DNA of 63,744 nucleotides, filler included, from Hausera hauseri (taxonomy: Eukaryota): the NCBI GenBank assembly GCA_046269625.1. It is 11 parts of 11 records of this genome, joined end to end, with 100 filler letters (N's around TTAATTAATTAA, not from the genome) between each part and the next. Parts side by side here need not be neighbours in the genome. Positions count along the whole stretch, not along the records: positions 11,550 to 15,533 come from JBJURY010839525.1; positions 15,634 to 20,398 come from JBJURY010444358.1; positions 20,499 to 25,294 come from JBJURY010433361.1; positions 25,395 to 30,304 come from JBJURY010393701.1; 7 more parts are not named here. One strand, written 5' to 3'. Positions 12,279 through 25,530 of this stretch are shown here, piece after piece. The position numbers were made by a program, and so were the translations under genes. Numbering within the stretch: the first letter of the stretch is position 1; every line of letters begins with the position of its first letter. The notes beneath the pieces were generated by a model. That model searched no databases, was not told where the DNA came from, and saw nothing but the letters and a program-made list of their open reading frames with translations.

Positions 12279-14754
12279 CAACTGATTGCCGAAATATTTG
12301 CAGAGACACTAAACAACTAAGTAAAGTGTCTAAAACGGAATAATTAGTGATAGTTTAGTATAGCTTTGAAACCATATCTGAATAATTCGATTCAATAAGT
12401 GAAGCAATTTGGTCCAGCCCTAATACAGAAATACGACAGAAAGTTGATATTGGAAAAAACCTTTAGTAAATCGAAATCTGAAATATGACGGAACAAAATA
12501 CAAATCTGACTGTAGCGCAAGACAATTTGGGTATAAATTAATTAGTAATTTGAGTTTTAATTAAATAATAATGTCGCCAGCTCATTTTATATATTTCTTT
12601 TGTATGAATAAATGCTTTTGAAGTTAAAAATTTAAATGCGGATCTATCATGCATACCCTGCATTTATGTGGGCTGAGTGATAGAAGAGAATAACCGGAAA
12701 TCCTTAAACTGAGATGTCGAAAGGTTACATTATGGTCGGAATGAGAATAACTTTCGCAATGGAAAATGATGACTTCCTCGATAGACGATCAGCATGCGAC
12801 GGCCACGTGTACTAATTAAGTTTATGACTTAAGGACTTCAGCGAGTGAGTTCATCAATTTAAGAGGGATGTAGTTGATTGGCGAAATAATTTCGCTAAAA
12901 TTGGTTGTTACTGAATCCAACATGTTAAATTTAAGATTATTGAGTAAAAGATTTTTGCTGTTCGTATATTCGATTTTAAGACAATTAGTGGTATTGAATA
13001 ACTCCGATAGATGGTGTTGAATTCCAATAATACGTTGTGAAATAACAATTATTAATGATGGTAATAAGGAAAGGCCGTTTAGATTTTATAAAGTTTTGTG
13101 ATATTGAATTTGTAAAAGCGTCATGATATTAGATTTATAAAAGTATAGTGATATTAACAAATCTTTGAGTAAGAACTAAATACAGGGCTAATTTCACTAA
13201 TGAAGAACTATGAAAATGACGCCCGATTCTACAGCATTGATTGATTTAGACGAATTGACCTATGGAGAGATAAGATAATCGAGTTTGATTCCAAAAACAG
13301 AAAGATGCGTCCAACTGAAGGGAACGATGTGGAAACTGATGAATTAAAAAAGATTGACGAGTCGTCTACTTTGGTTCGGTGCTGTGAACAACTAAATAAA
13401 TTGACCTATTGAAGCCATCGAAACTTTGAAGACCTCTACAAGTGACCACGAGAAACAATGAGATTCTAAAAGTATGGGAACACGAATTCAATAAATAGCT
13501 AATAAGGTCGACAGCATATTATCCGTGACAGGAACAAATGAATTGCGTTGTTTCGTGTGATTGTCTTGCTGCAATATTGATTGTGGATTCTAAATGATTG
13601 TTATATCGTGTGTTAAGGAAGTTTATGGATTGCGAATTATTATGGTAAGGGGTAACGGTAATCTTTAATTATTAAATGTGGATAGTCAGTACGTCATCAC
13701 GATGCAAGGAGATAGTCAAATAATAGATTAGCAAAGTCATAAAGTGAGGCTATTGGGATGAAGACTTAAGATATTTCCACGAGTACCCCATTTAGACCCA
13801 ATGTCATTCAAAGCTATAAATTCACTGAAGGAATTGTATGGGAAAGAATGGATGAATAAAAGTTGGTGATATAGGAATAATTCTAAGATATAGTAGATAC
13901 CTAAGATATTGTACCACGGAAATATAAACTGCAACTTATACATTGTAAGTATTGAATTGTTATTGTACAAAAATACGGAGCCCTACGAATACCTTCAATT
14001 TGGGATCAAATAGATAAATAGTCAAGATAAAGTCGGGAAATTCGACGAAGGAGGGAGATGAGAATCATTTAATGAGTGAAGGAGATAATTGTTATATACA
14101 AATTTTGTTGTCATATAGACTTATATGATAAATTCTATGCATAATTCAACTTTGTAACCATTGAATGACACCGAGGTCGAATTAGTAGGGATGCAATTTA
14201 CTGACACAATGCAAGTGTTACATATGTACATAAAACAAGATATATAATTTACTGTTTTGATATTTACACCGTTTCAGTTTATCGAGATGAACCACGTCAG
14301 GAGAAAATTTTGACCAATGAAATCTATACCCCTATAGATTAAATATTCTTATCGGAAATATATTATTCACAAGAAATTATTATTAAAACAGTGCATTCTT
14401 ATAATCATTATATATTGATGAATTTGAACGAAACGATAGTCAGAAGATTAAAGATTGTAAAGCTTACATATCAATAGATTACACGCTAGTAGGCGCCGGG
14501 TATTTACTTACCATACCGCCGAACGAACTCAACTTCAGATCTATTTCATCAGACTTCAGATTCGTTTCATCAAAATGTTTATGTATTAGTAATTGTAATC
14601 AGATAGTAACGGAGAAAAGGCAGAAAGGACATATATATATGTATTCATATACCAATCATGAACAATAATGACAATGCTACTGAACAATTAACTGATATTA
14701 TTGAAAGTGGTGAACTTAACGAAACTAAATTTGTACCTTAGGCCAAATTACAAA

Positions 14755-15210
14755 CTAACCTACGACAACATATTCAATTATTCTCTCAATGTATGATATA
14801 TGAAATAATAAAGTTGCTGCAATGGAAAGGGAACGAAAATAAAAATCTTTGTTTTTATTAATGTTTAATAAAATTTTGTCTTTTGTGTTCTTACTTAGAT
14901 AGTTATAAAACAACAAGTCATTAAATACAAAATTTATTACATTACAATGTACAAAAACATTGCTTAGATGATTATGGATATTTCGTAATTCTTCCGTCAT
15001 TTTGAGCATTTCGTCTACCATCGGAATAAACTGAATTAGTCTTGTTCGTACAATCTCCAACAGCATCTCTGGTGCAAGATAAGCAATATCATCTGTCGTT
15101 GGAAAAAAATTGGTAACTTCATTCAGTCCTTGATGAATTTCTTCTTTCAAGTGTATCAGAGAAGAAATCAGTAGCATTCTCAATTTCAAGTTTTCATTTG
15201 TTTGAGACAT
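14755..15210 (-). CDS. Hypothetical 151-aa helical protein, intronless
   Basis: Intact ATG-to-stop ORF in very AT-rich DNA, preceded by AAAAATG; no recognisable family. Confidence 0.5.
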   Translation of the reverse strand: MSQTNENLKLRMLLISSLIHLKEEIHQGLNEVTNFFPTTDDIAYLAPEMLLEIVRTRLIQFIPMVDEMLKMTEELRNIHNHLSNVFVHCNVINFVFNDLLFYNYLSKNTKDKILLNINKNKDFYFRSLSIAATLLFHISYIERIIEYVVVG

Positions 15211-15262
15211 TTTTCATAAGTGAAATTTTAACATGGGTATATATACCAGAATTTTGGAAATA

Positions 15263-15359
15263 GGGGTACCCTTGAGGGGGTTAATTATTATCCCGAGGGG
15301 GTCAATTTTCCGGGGATTTAATTTTTATCCCGATGGGGTTAATTTGTCGGGAGGGGTGG
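15263..15359 (+). repeat. G-run-rich tandem repeat (about 37-nt unit TTAATT.TTATCCCGA.GGGG..AATTT)
   Basis: Two imperfect units at about 15281-15309 and 15318-15345; seven runs of 3-5 G. Confidence 0.7.
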
Positions 15360-16989
15360 TCTTTGTACTAAAGTATTGTTCTAATTTCTTTGTTCTAAGG
15401 GGTAGGAATAATGAAACCCAACATAGATCACAAAAGTCTTTGTTCTCGGAGGGAGTCTACCGAATACTGCTCTCTGATTGATCAGTTTTCCTTCCCCCCC
15501 CCCGATGACGTGTCCTCTTCTGATTGGCCAGTTNNNNNNNNNNNNNNNNNNNNNNNNNNNNNNNNNNNNNNNNNNNNTTAATTAATTAANNNNNNNNNNN
15601 NNNNNNNNNNNNNNNNNNNNNNNNNNNNNNNNNTTTTCAGCGTCGACATACCGAATTTTACAACATCCATTCGTCAGATTTTAACTGATATTGCATATTT
15701 GGTGATTAAATCGAATGGTGCATCAGTTTCTTCGATAGATGGTCTGGATGAAAATCAACTCGTGACCAGTCCATCCAGCAATCAATTTGTTGACAAAATT
15801 CTTGATCGACAGAAATTACAATCAAAATACGAGATATCAACGGCATTTTACCAGCATCGTCAAATAATCCCTAACAAAAGCTGCTAATGTCGTCGTCAAG
15901 CATTTCGAAAAGTCCAGTAAGGGATATGGATAGTCAAGTGTTTATCTCTCTCAAGTCCACTAAACTCTCAAGCCCATTTTCGTTTCTTTCACCAATGTAT
16001 TCGTTTGACAACAAATACCAGCAAAATTGGATTTGGACTAGAGGCCTATCTAATAAGTCCGATAATCAAAGGGCAAACAGAAGCAACATTCCCCATCATC
16101 AGAGTATGTATTGTTGACTGTAAGCGAATCATCATCTTCAAATATTGTGAAATTTTCAGTAGACATGCCAATTCACGCACTGCTATCGTGTATTGATATA
16201 GCTGCTGAAATGCTGGCAAAATCTTCCTAACGTCATTCATTGAAAAGTTCTCCACAGGGTTCCTTCACCTCTCTATGGGATTAACTACTTTAATAGTTTA
16301 TGAACACACCTAACAAAAACTAGTCAGAAAGTTCGAAATTCGATTCTTTTAGTGTAGTGTCAAGAACACCAATGAATGTGTATTTATTTGTTTGTTTTTG
16401 GCTATACACACAAATACAACCAGTTGACTTTATGTAGTCATTTCTGACTTGATCGTGGTTTTAATTTGGTAATTTATCAATGTGTATTTTAACACTTATC
16501 TAAAAATGTCTGATTGATACTCTTCTTGGATTAATTAGTTCGTATGTTTTATAGAAATTTGTTTTTTTGTTTGTTTTTTTAAAAATTACAGTTTATTTAC
16601 GGCTTGTTTTGAATTTAAAAAAAATGTTTCGATTCGAAATTTTGAATTCAGCTTGTAATTTCAGTTTGGAATATTTGTGACTGTTGCAGCCATCTTTGTA
16701 TTTTTTTGTTGGTATTGCGTCAAAGATGGAAACTTCAATAATTGCTTTACGTTTTTTTGGAATAAGCGAAGCAAAGTGCTCTAAAAGGATCGATGTTGCA
16801 TTTTGTTCGATTTTACTACCGAAACGCCAACAAACTCCAAACTTCCATGGCAGAGTTCAGAATGTTTCTGTGACTCAGTTTGTGGCAGGAAACGTGCTCA
16901 GCGGTGTTATTTGGTCATTCATAAAAGGCGACATTGAGATTGTTAAGGCTTTTGTCCATAATTTATAAGAGCCACAACATAATAGGATA

Positions 16990-17520
16990 GCCTTAAAGAG
17001 TCCTTGGAGGAAAGGCTCTTAGTAGATCCGTCAGGAGAGGGTCGAATTGGGAAATTTAACAGGCAATGTCAGAGAAAAGTCAAAACCATGCAAGAGTATG
17101 CATGTGCCTTTCAAATATAGACCCAAAGAGCCTATGCAGAATAAGACATAAGACAGTATTCTCTCCTAACTTAGTTTTGTTATGGACTAACAAAAAAAAT
17201 TCAGAATTATTATTGTTTCTTACCCACATACTTATAAACAAGCAGTCGGTAAAGCCATGAAGGTAGATTTTAACTATGAGAGACTTGAAAATGTAAAAAG
17301 GCCTCCTTATATGATGAAAAGAAATAGAAAAAAAAATCAGAAACCGTTTCAAAAGCTTCAGAATCAGACAGAAAAACGTTAGAAGAAGGTTACTTTTCAA
17401 AGTCAACCTCAAAAGCCTTCAACAAGGAAACCAATGGTTAATCAGTACGGACAACCATTATGTATTGCCTGTCAGAAATATGGGCACATGGTCCGCTGGT
17501 GTCCCAATCAAGGACAAGCA
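16990..17520 (+). mobile_element. Decayed LTR-retrotransposon gag with CCHC zinc knuckle
   Basis: QEYA..FQ...RAY......LL..F.YGL...IQ gag pattern with stops, then CIACQKYGHMVRWC (C-x2-C-x4-H-x4-C). Confidence 0.75.
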
Positions 17521-20500
17521 AACACGAAAATGAAAAATATTGATATAGTTGGTAATATATCTGATACAGATAATTGGCATGAAACCACAGATACAGAGCA
17601 CAAGGATAAAATAGAAAAGCTCCATCAAAAGATTAAAACAAATTGAAAGAATGAAAAACAAATGTGATAGATGATGAAGTTAAGTGGCTGAATTAAAAAC
17701 GCTATATTTAGAAATAAAAGAGCAGCAGATCTGCGAAAAACGCTATAAAATGAATAAAAACAATTCAGTAATTTCCCCAGTAGGAAGGCCCAAAAAGAAT
17801 CATGTGCCTGAATCAGACATTGAAGTGAAGTAGATCAAAAGAAGAGATAAACCTGTGATACAAAAAGAGGATTTAAAAACTCCTGGATCACCTTCCGTAA
17901 GTGGAGAAAGTGAGAAAAACGATCAGAGTGAAAAGATAAAGAGAATAAGAAAAAAGGAAGTAAAAGAACCATTAAAACAGATGGAAACCTTACCTTTGGG
18001 CAAAGACCAAAATGGCGCATAAATAGTACGAAAAATATCAAGTTATACCAACCAAGAGTTAATTAACGACATTCAGTTTAGACAGGTCATTTCGATGTTA
18101 CTGCTGTCCACGGTTAGTCACCAACAGATTGTAGTTTATTGGATTTATTGTTAGTATAGCTGCTGTTACTTTTTTGTTTCAAATTCAATGCAAACAGAAT
18201 ATTAAAACATTTTGGGGCTTCACAAGATTTCAAGTAACATAAAAAATAAATCCTTCACTGAACCTGAAGGGAGAGTCCGGCGGCGGTTCGGTATACGAGA
18301 TACCTGCGCCTTTAATTATTGAGGCGTGATAACAAGCTAAGTATTCTCTAGAAATGTATGTCATTACTGACCCTTGGTATATTATTCGATATGCCTTTTC
18401 CCATGTACAAATATAGATCCCAAAGCTAAGTCCAATTTGAATGATTGACATCTGTTATCTCCGTGATCCAACGTACAACTAATGTGGGTAAAGTAAGCGC
18501 AGAACATCAAGTGATCGGGATCCAAACAAGCACAAGCCATAACTTGTCCCTCAAAATTTTACTTTTCTGATTGTAGTCGATTGAATGATCAACCACGATG
18601 GCCCAAAGAACTTCACCAAATGGTTAATTCTTTCAATAATAAATCCCGAATCTTCGAATGTATTTTTTATCTCATTAGTTAAAATACAAATCCAATACCC
18701 ATTTATATCAATTTCGCATTTATTTCCAATGTCCCAAGATATACATCTCATTAACCACTCAATCATTCACTATGCTTGATGGTGATTTCCAATTCGCCAC
18801 TATTTGATTAATTCCATGGATTTATCCTTCGTGATAGTTGGACGGATACATTGTACTTTGACATAATATAAACGACAAACCATGGTAAAATACTGGTCGA
18901 AAAGAAACTAAAAGCTTTAAAATATGAATCGTTTACAACAAGCTCATTTCAGGTTTTCGATAGGGTTCTCATCGTTAACGATAAATACTGTATACTAATT
19001 ACTGAAAGTAAACTAAAATCCAGTCCCTTAGAATACGATTCTCTAAGGAGTGTTTATTCCAAGGCAGCATCGCACTGTTGGTATTCATCCGGAAATATTT
19101 GAATGACTGTTTATTGTCCATTATGGGAATCGAATAAATTCCACTCACTCAAAACTTTAACATTAACAGAGTTCGGTAAATTGTTTTTTGAATAAACGCG
19201 ATCTTCGCCGACGTCCAAAGCGTGTAGAAACATCTTTCAACTCGTATGCAACGATATAACCCGACAGGACAGTACATGCGCCAGGCTAGAGTATATTATT
19301 TTAAATATTACCTTTAAATATGGATTACATAACATACTAAGGTAGTTGAAATACATTGCAATAACGTAATCAAATATTCCAGGCTAGTGTTAAAATCACA
19401 GTGTACACTGCTCAAAAATGGATTACACAATACACCAAGGCAACGAATCATACCGTAAAGTTATCAAAACAATCATCAAATTCTATTTATATTTCAACCA
19501 AAGTTATTGTTCGCTGCAAACCGAATGAACTTTATTTATAGCATAATTCACTGTACATCGAATGTATATAAATATAATCATGCATATCACAACTCTGCTT
19601 CGCATTTGACGACTAAATCGCTTGTTCGTTCCATAGTAAAGTTGCACATTGTATCAGCCATGAAAGCACATCCTGCCATAATTTCACTCCTCCTTGATTC
19701 ATTTATTGGTTTACCCTTGATCCAGCCTCCTAAATGCCGACAATCTCCCGTGATTTTTCTGTGGTAAAACGGCCTGAATCTCATAACTTTCGCACTAAAC
19801 TTCGCAGATGCAATACTGCTATTAATAAATGACAAACCGCAGCATCGTTCTAATTATACGACAATTAATTCGATAATGCATACCCATGACCGCAAATCAT
19901 TTATTCAAGACAAAATCATTCATCATGTCGATAGATCATCAAACGTTGTTCCATCAATCTAAGTCCTTCGGATGATCTGATAGGTCCGAATGTCCTTCGG
20001 GCGATCTGACAAGTTCGACAGACAACATCTTTCGACTTCAATTCTTCCTGACCTGGCTCCAATTTCATCCCAATTTTCAATTCATTTAAATTTATAAAGC
20101 ATTTATTAAAAAAACAAATTTACACAAAATAAAACAATATATAATTGCAAGTAATCCGAAAGGATACGTACCAGTCATATTCTCCGATGATCCGCCATAA
20201 CTGTCATTATTTCTTTCCGCCATGTTCTAATGGTAATATAATAATAATTTCTTTCATTATAGGATCTAACCTAATCGGTAATCCAATAAGATTGAATCGG
20301 TTCAAGTTTCGAAAATTTCTTAAAGTTTTTTCAGTGTTTATTGTAAAGGTATATATACTGGGTCGTTCGACACCATACCGTTTGTTTCCATTTTTAGANN
20401 NNNNNNNNNNNNNNNNNNNNNNNNNNNNNNNNNNNNNNNNNNTTAATTAATTAANNNNNNNNNNNNNNNNNNNNNNNNNNNNNNNNNNNNNNNNNNNNTA

Positions 20501-20699
20501 ATTGCGATTGTTATGAGGAGTCAAGACAATTGCTTGCTGATTTGTTTATCTCCATCATGATATCATAGGCATGTCGTTACGAACAAGTTTGTGCGACACA
20601 TCGCATTGCAATAGCAACCCACCATCGAAATTTTGGATACTTGTTACATATCCTGGCCAAATTTCCATTCTGCGTCTATTGAGAACGATTTTCCTTTCC

Positions 20700-21370
20700 G
20701 GGTAGAAATAATCCTTTCTGATTTTTACCATACTTAAACATTTTCAATTCTTTTGAACAATACGATGTAAACCATCGGACATTCGTTCAAATCTACGTTA
20801 TTTGTGAGGACAATTTTGATGTCAGACAGCATTTTATCGGTTTTATTAGATCTGCTACTAATGATGACAAATTCGAATTCTGAATGCTCCACGACGAAAC
20901 GTGCAAACCAACGAATGTTTTGATGTCTAAATTATCCACGGGTAAACAGTTGAGTTTTAGAAAATTTATGTTCAAATAGGAAAAAGCTAACCCGTCAATG
21001 TCTTTCAATTCGCTATTTTCACTAAGGTCAAGTTGCTGCAATTTTTGTAGTTTGGAAAATGTATATCGCTCTATTCGCATGATGTTGCTCGTTCTGATGG
21101 ATGAGTGAGTTTTTAAGAGTTTCGATTCGGTGAAAGTATGCATACTCAATACTGTGTTCGTGAATTTCTGGGATTGGAGGATGAGTTTTGATATTTTATT
21201 TTAAAGTGGTTGGGTAGTTCTGTGAAACCTTCTCTGTTGCATATGAGATTGTTGTACAAAAAAGTCAAACAAAACTCTGGACATTGACTGAAAACATAGA
21301 GGGGCAGAGCGAGTAAAATAGTTGCCAGAGTATATGTCTGACCATCGGTTTAACAATTATAATTCCATAA
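20700..21370 (-). pseudogene. Extracellular leucine-rich-repeat protein fragment
   Basis: Signal-like LATILLALPLYVFS, LRRNT QCPEFC...LICNREGFTELP, LRRs (TFSKLQKLQQLDLSENSELKDIDGLAF); frameshifted. Confidence 0.75.
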
Positions 21371-21488
21371 TGATTAATTGTATGATCTTATTCGTGTTAG
21401 TTTTCGATCAAATTCATAACTCGATGACATTGCCGGAATGGTAATTTTCATTGACTTTACTTCGGGAAAGTTCGACAGTACCAGTTCA

Positions 21489-21606
21489 TGTCATGACTTC
21501 GAGGAGGAAGATCGGGGCCCGCCTATGGACTCGACGCGGCGGCAACGGACACCCGGCCGTGCCCAACCAAATGGGCCCGAGGGCACCATTCGCTGTGGGC
21601 ACCACA
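21489..21606 (-). repeat. 3' LTR of element 1, preceded by PPT-like GGGGGTGA (21607-21614)
   Basis: TTGCCACG-GGGGTGA|TGTGGTGCC mirrors TTGCCACG-AGAGCTGA|TGTAGTGCC in element 2; both LTRs share internal GATCTTCCTC. The distal end is uncertain. Confidence 0.65.
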
Positions 21607-24600
21607 TCACCCCCGTGGCAAAGTGAAAACTATAAAGGGTTAAAAAAAGAAGGAGAAAAAACCGCAAAACGAAAAGGTGTCTGCGTTAGCTGGCCTTAGT
21701 GTGGAGAAGACGTTGGGTGCCTTCTAATGATTTTTCCCTGCTATATTTGCTGAATGTGACTGCGTGTTTTGTTTTTATGCTGTGTATTTGCTTTCAGAGT
21801 TTGACGTTGGGGGAAAAAATTGTCGGATTTTGTTGTTAGTGTTGTGTCATGAAAAGACGAATTAGAATGAGGCGAAGAAGGGGAAGGAAAAAGACAGATT
21901 GTTGAAGACGGATGGTTAAAGATATTCAAGAAAGTTTTAGAAGATGGGGGATGATAAAAGGTGTAGTGGTGGATAAAGGAAGGGAAAGAGAATTTGGTAT
22001 TGATTCGTGTGAAAGAGTGGAAGTAGAAGATGAAACAGAAGTTGTAGTAAAAAGAGGAAAAAAGATAGGGAAAGAGGTAGAGAGAGAATGAAGTTGTGAA
22101 GCGGAAGTGAAAGAAGTGAAATATGATGTGAGAGGAGAAAGGGGGAAGAAAGCGCCGAAGATGAGGAAGGTGTGGAAAGAGAAGGAGAGAAAGTGAGAAA
22201 AAACGGCGTCGAGGTACTAGGCGAAAGAGAGCGAGAAGATGGAGAAGGCAAAGGAAAATAGTTGGAATGTGGTATGCAAAAGGTTTGGATGATGACAGGT
22301 TTAGATGGAAAGATTGGTGAAGTCGAAATGGTGTTTGATTGAGGTGGTATTGTAAGAGGAGAAAGCAGGTTGTTACCAAGGGATGGAGGAGGTGTTGGAA
22401 TGCTTGAAGGCGCAAGATCGGATGGGGCGAAAGAGGCTGAATTTTAAGAAAAAATTGAAGTGGAAGTTTTGGTAGAAAACGTAGGGAAAAGTGGGTTAAG
22501 AGATCATGCATAGATGGAAGGTGGATTGTTAGATTGATGCGCGTCGTGTAAAGACGTTGATGGAGAAGTGGCTTCAATGGGAGGCGTATCGTAAATGAAG
22601 AAGGCCGGTTTAGCGTGGGTGATGTGAACTGTTACTTCTTTGTCGTCCTTGAGAATAATGATATTGTGGAAGTGTAAGCGAATTACTTTGTAAGAGCCGA
22701 CATACTGAGGCTAACACCACACGGCGTCTGATTCTTTAGCCAAACGAACTTGGCGGTATATAAATCGTCGGGTGTGTAAGGTTTATTTCCGTGTAATGGT
22801 CTACAAAATGAGTCTTTACTGATCTCAATGAAGTGTCTCTGTGCCGCTTGTATGGTTTCGTCTGTAGGAATATTGTCCAGCTCAGTCAGCTCGAATAATG
22901 ATTTGATAGAAGTGCCAAATAAAGCTTCTGCATTTGAATAGCTTGTAGAAGTATATGGTGTGTTCCTCCAGCTAAGCAGAACATACAGAAGGAGTGTGGT
23001 CCAACTGCGATTGGACTTTGCAAGAATTTTGAGAGACGTTTTCATTGTTCGGTGAAAGCATTCGAGAAGGCCGTTCGATTGGGATGATATGGTGATGTGT
23101 GAATGTGGTTAATTCGCAATCGTTTGACAAGAGCTTTAAACAGGTTGGATTCAAACTGTGAACCTTGGTCCAAAATGATGTGGCGTGGTGATCCAAACCT
23201 GCTGATCCAAGTGAGGATGAAAACATCTGCGATGGTTTCTGTGTTGGTGTTCCGAAGTGGGATGGCTTCTGGCCATCTCGAGGAACGGTCCATATTGTGA
23301 GGATGAACTGATGACCATTGTCTAAGGGTAATGGGCCTACAAGGTCAATGTGGACAGATTCGAAACGAGACGTGCAGGGAAAATGAAATAGTGGTGGCTT
23401 CAGGTGCTTAGTAACTTTGTATTTTTGGCATGCTACACACTGTCTAACCCATGCCTGCACGTCAGAACGCATCGACAGCCATACTACTTGGCGTTGTAAG
23501 AGGCGAAAAGTGGCCTTGGCACCAGGATGATGCAACGAATGAGTGCTATTAAATGCTTCTTTTTGAAGCGATTCAGAAAGGATGATCTTAGGATTGTTAG
23601 GTTTGGAGGTGTCAAAGGACACACCGTCGATGGTTTTGCAAGGTTTAAAAGATTTAAGGATGTCATGGGGTGGCTAGTTTTGCTGAAGTTTGGATTGAGG
23701 AAAAATTGGTTTAAAATCAATCGAGCTGACCGATCAGGACACAAAGTCGGCTACTAAATTGTCGACTTCGTTTAAATGCTTAATTTGAAAACTAAATGTT
23801 GACAAATACGATATTTGCCTCTCCTGATGTGGAGAAGGCGATTTCATGGTGAGAATTTAAAGCAAGACCTTGTGGTCAGTTTGGATGGTAAAAGTTCGTG
23901 CAGTTAGATTTTTGAAGTGTTTTACGGCGGGGACCATTGCCAGCAACTCTCTGTCAAAAGTGGAGTATCTCTTTCGAGAGAAGAATTCTAACGGTTCATA
24001 GGATCCGTTTTTCCGTTGATAAAGGACAGCACCTGCCGCTGCTGTGGATGCGTCGGTGGTTAAGAAAAGTTATGCATGGGAGTCTGGATAGGCCAGGATT
24101 TCCACAGTTTTTAAATTGTCTTTGAGGTGATCGAAAGCATTGACTAGATCGGCGGTCCATTTGATGGGATGTTTCTTCTTTCCAGAACTTAGTGATGCAA
24201 ATGGGGCGGTTAGAGTGGAGCAATGTGGAACGTATTTGTGAATGAAATGCAAGGTTCCTAGGAAAGAAGGCATCTCTGTTGACGTGCGTGGTAGTTGTAT
24301 GTTTTTAAGCTGTGTGATGCGGTCTGGCTGAGGTGAATGTCCAGAGGAGCTGATGACATGTCCTAAAAAGTTGACCTTATGTTGAAAGAAGGAGCATTTC
24401 GAGAAATTGATTTGCAAATTGTGTTGGTGTAAGCGTTGAAAAATTAGACGTAGATGTTCGGAGTGTTGCTTCGAGGAAGATGATGCAATGAGAATATCAT
24501 CTATGTATGGATAAGCGAAGTCTAATTCTGATAGGACTGTATCAATATGCCTTTGGAAAGTCTGAGAGGCGCTGTGGAGTCAAAAAGGCCTGAAGAGATA

Positions 24601-25250
24601 CTCGAAAAGGCCGAAGGGTGTAATTACAGCCGTTTTCGGAATGTCTGCCGGAGCCACCGGAATCTGGTGGTATGCTTTATGCAAGTCGATGCAAGAAAAA
24701 ACGGTAGAACTATGGAGCCTGTAAAAGATGTCGCTAATTAATGGCAAAGGGTAGGCATCCATTACTGTTATGGTGTTAAGCTGGCGGTAATCACCGCATG
24801 GGCGAAAGGTGTCATCTTTTTTTGGAACAACATGCAGCGGTGAAGACCAAGGGGATTTGGATCTTCTAATTATGCCTGATTTTTCAAGATCGAGAAACTC
24901 AGCCTCTACTGCCTGTCTGCGACGAGGCGATAGCGGACGGACCTTTTGACGTATTGGTCTTTGATGTGCTGTTACTATGTGATGAAAGGTGGATTGAAAT
25001 GGTACGAATGATTTGTCCTTTTGCAACAGACGCGTGCAAGAAGAAATGTATTGTTGTAGATCAGAAGGCAACGATGACAAATTAGCCGAAGGTGTCGATG
25101 TATTGTGACTGGATGCAGTGGGGTTATGAGTTGTAGACAAGGTGTTGCGACTAGGTGGTATTTAGTGCAGGATATTGGTGTTGAAGATGGTGTTGGCAGC
25201 TGTGCTATTAGTAATGGGTGCCACGCAGTTGGCAATATCGTATTTGTCAC
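21489..25250 (-). mobile_element. Ty3/Gypsy (CsRN1-like) element 1: RT-RNaseH-integrase, PPT and 3' LTR; 5' truncated and decayed
   Basis: SPWSSPLHVVPKKD..RPCGDYRQLN, DLHKAYHQIP, YIDD, DRELL, integrase HHCC (HSLHHPG...CVAC) and D,D,E core; many frameshifts. Confidence 0.95.
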
Positions 25251-25530
25251 CGTAATAAAAATTTCTATATAATAAATGATTATAAAAATAATTCNNNNNN
25301 NNNNNNNNNNNNNNNNNNNNNNNNNNNNNNNNNNNNNNTTAATTAATTAANNNNNNNNNNNNNNNNNNNNNNNNNNNNNNNNNNNNNNNNNNNNTATGTT
25401 ATTGAAAATTGTAATAATTGATTGTTAATGATTAATATTTTTTACAATTTGAAATTTTGAATAATAGTTTCCTATCGTTTGGATACTTTCTCATTAATTT
25501 TGGATTCGTATCGTAATCGTATATTTTTAG

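Noticed and set aside
15634-16970. Coding-like minus-strand segments
   Set aside because: Multiple stops and no recognisable family; cannot be named.
21741-22577. 278-aa Leu/Phe/His-rich ORF as a membrane protein
   Set aside because: Best explained as an alternative frame of the pyrimidine-rich Ser/Pro integrase tail.
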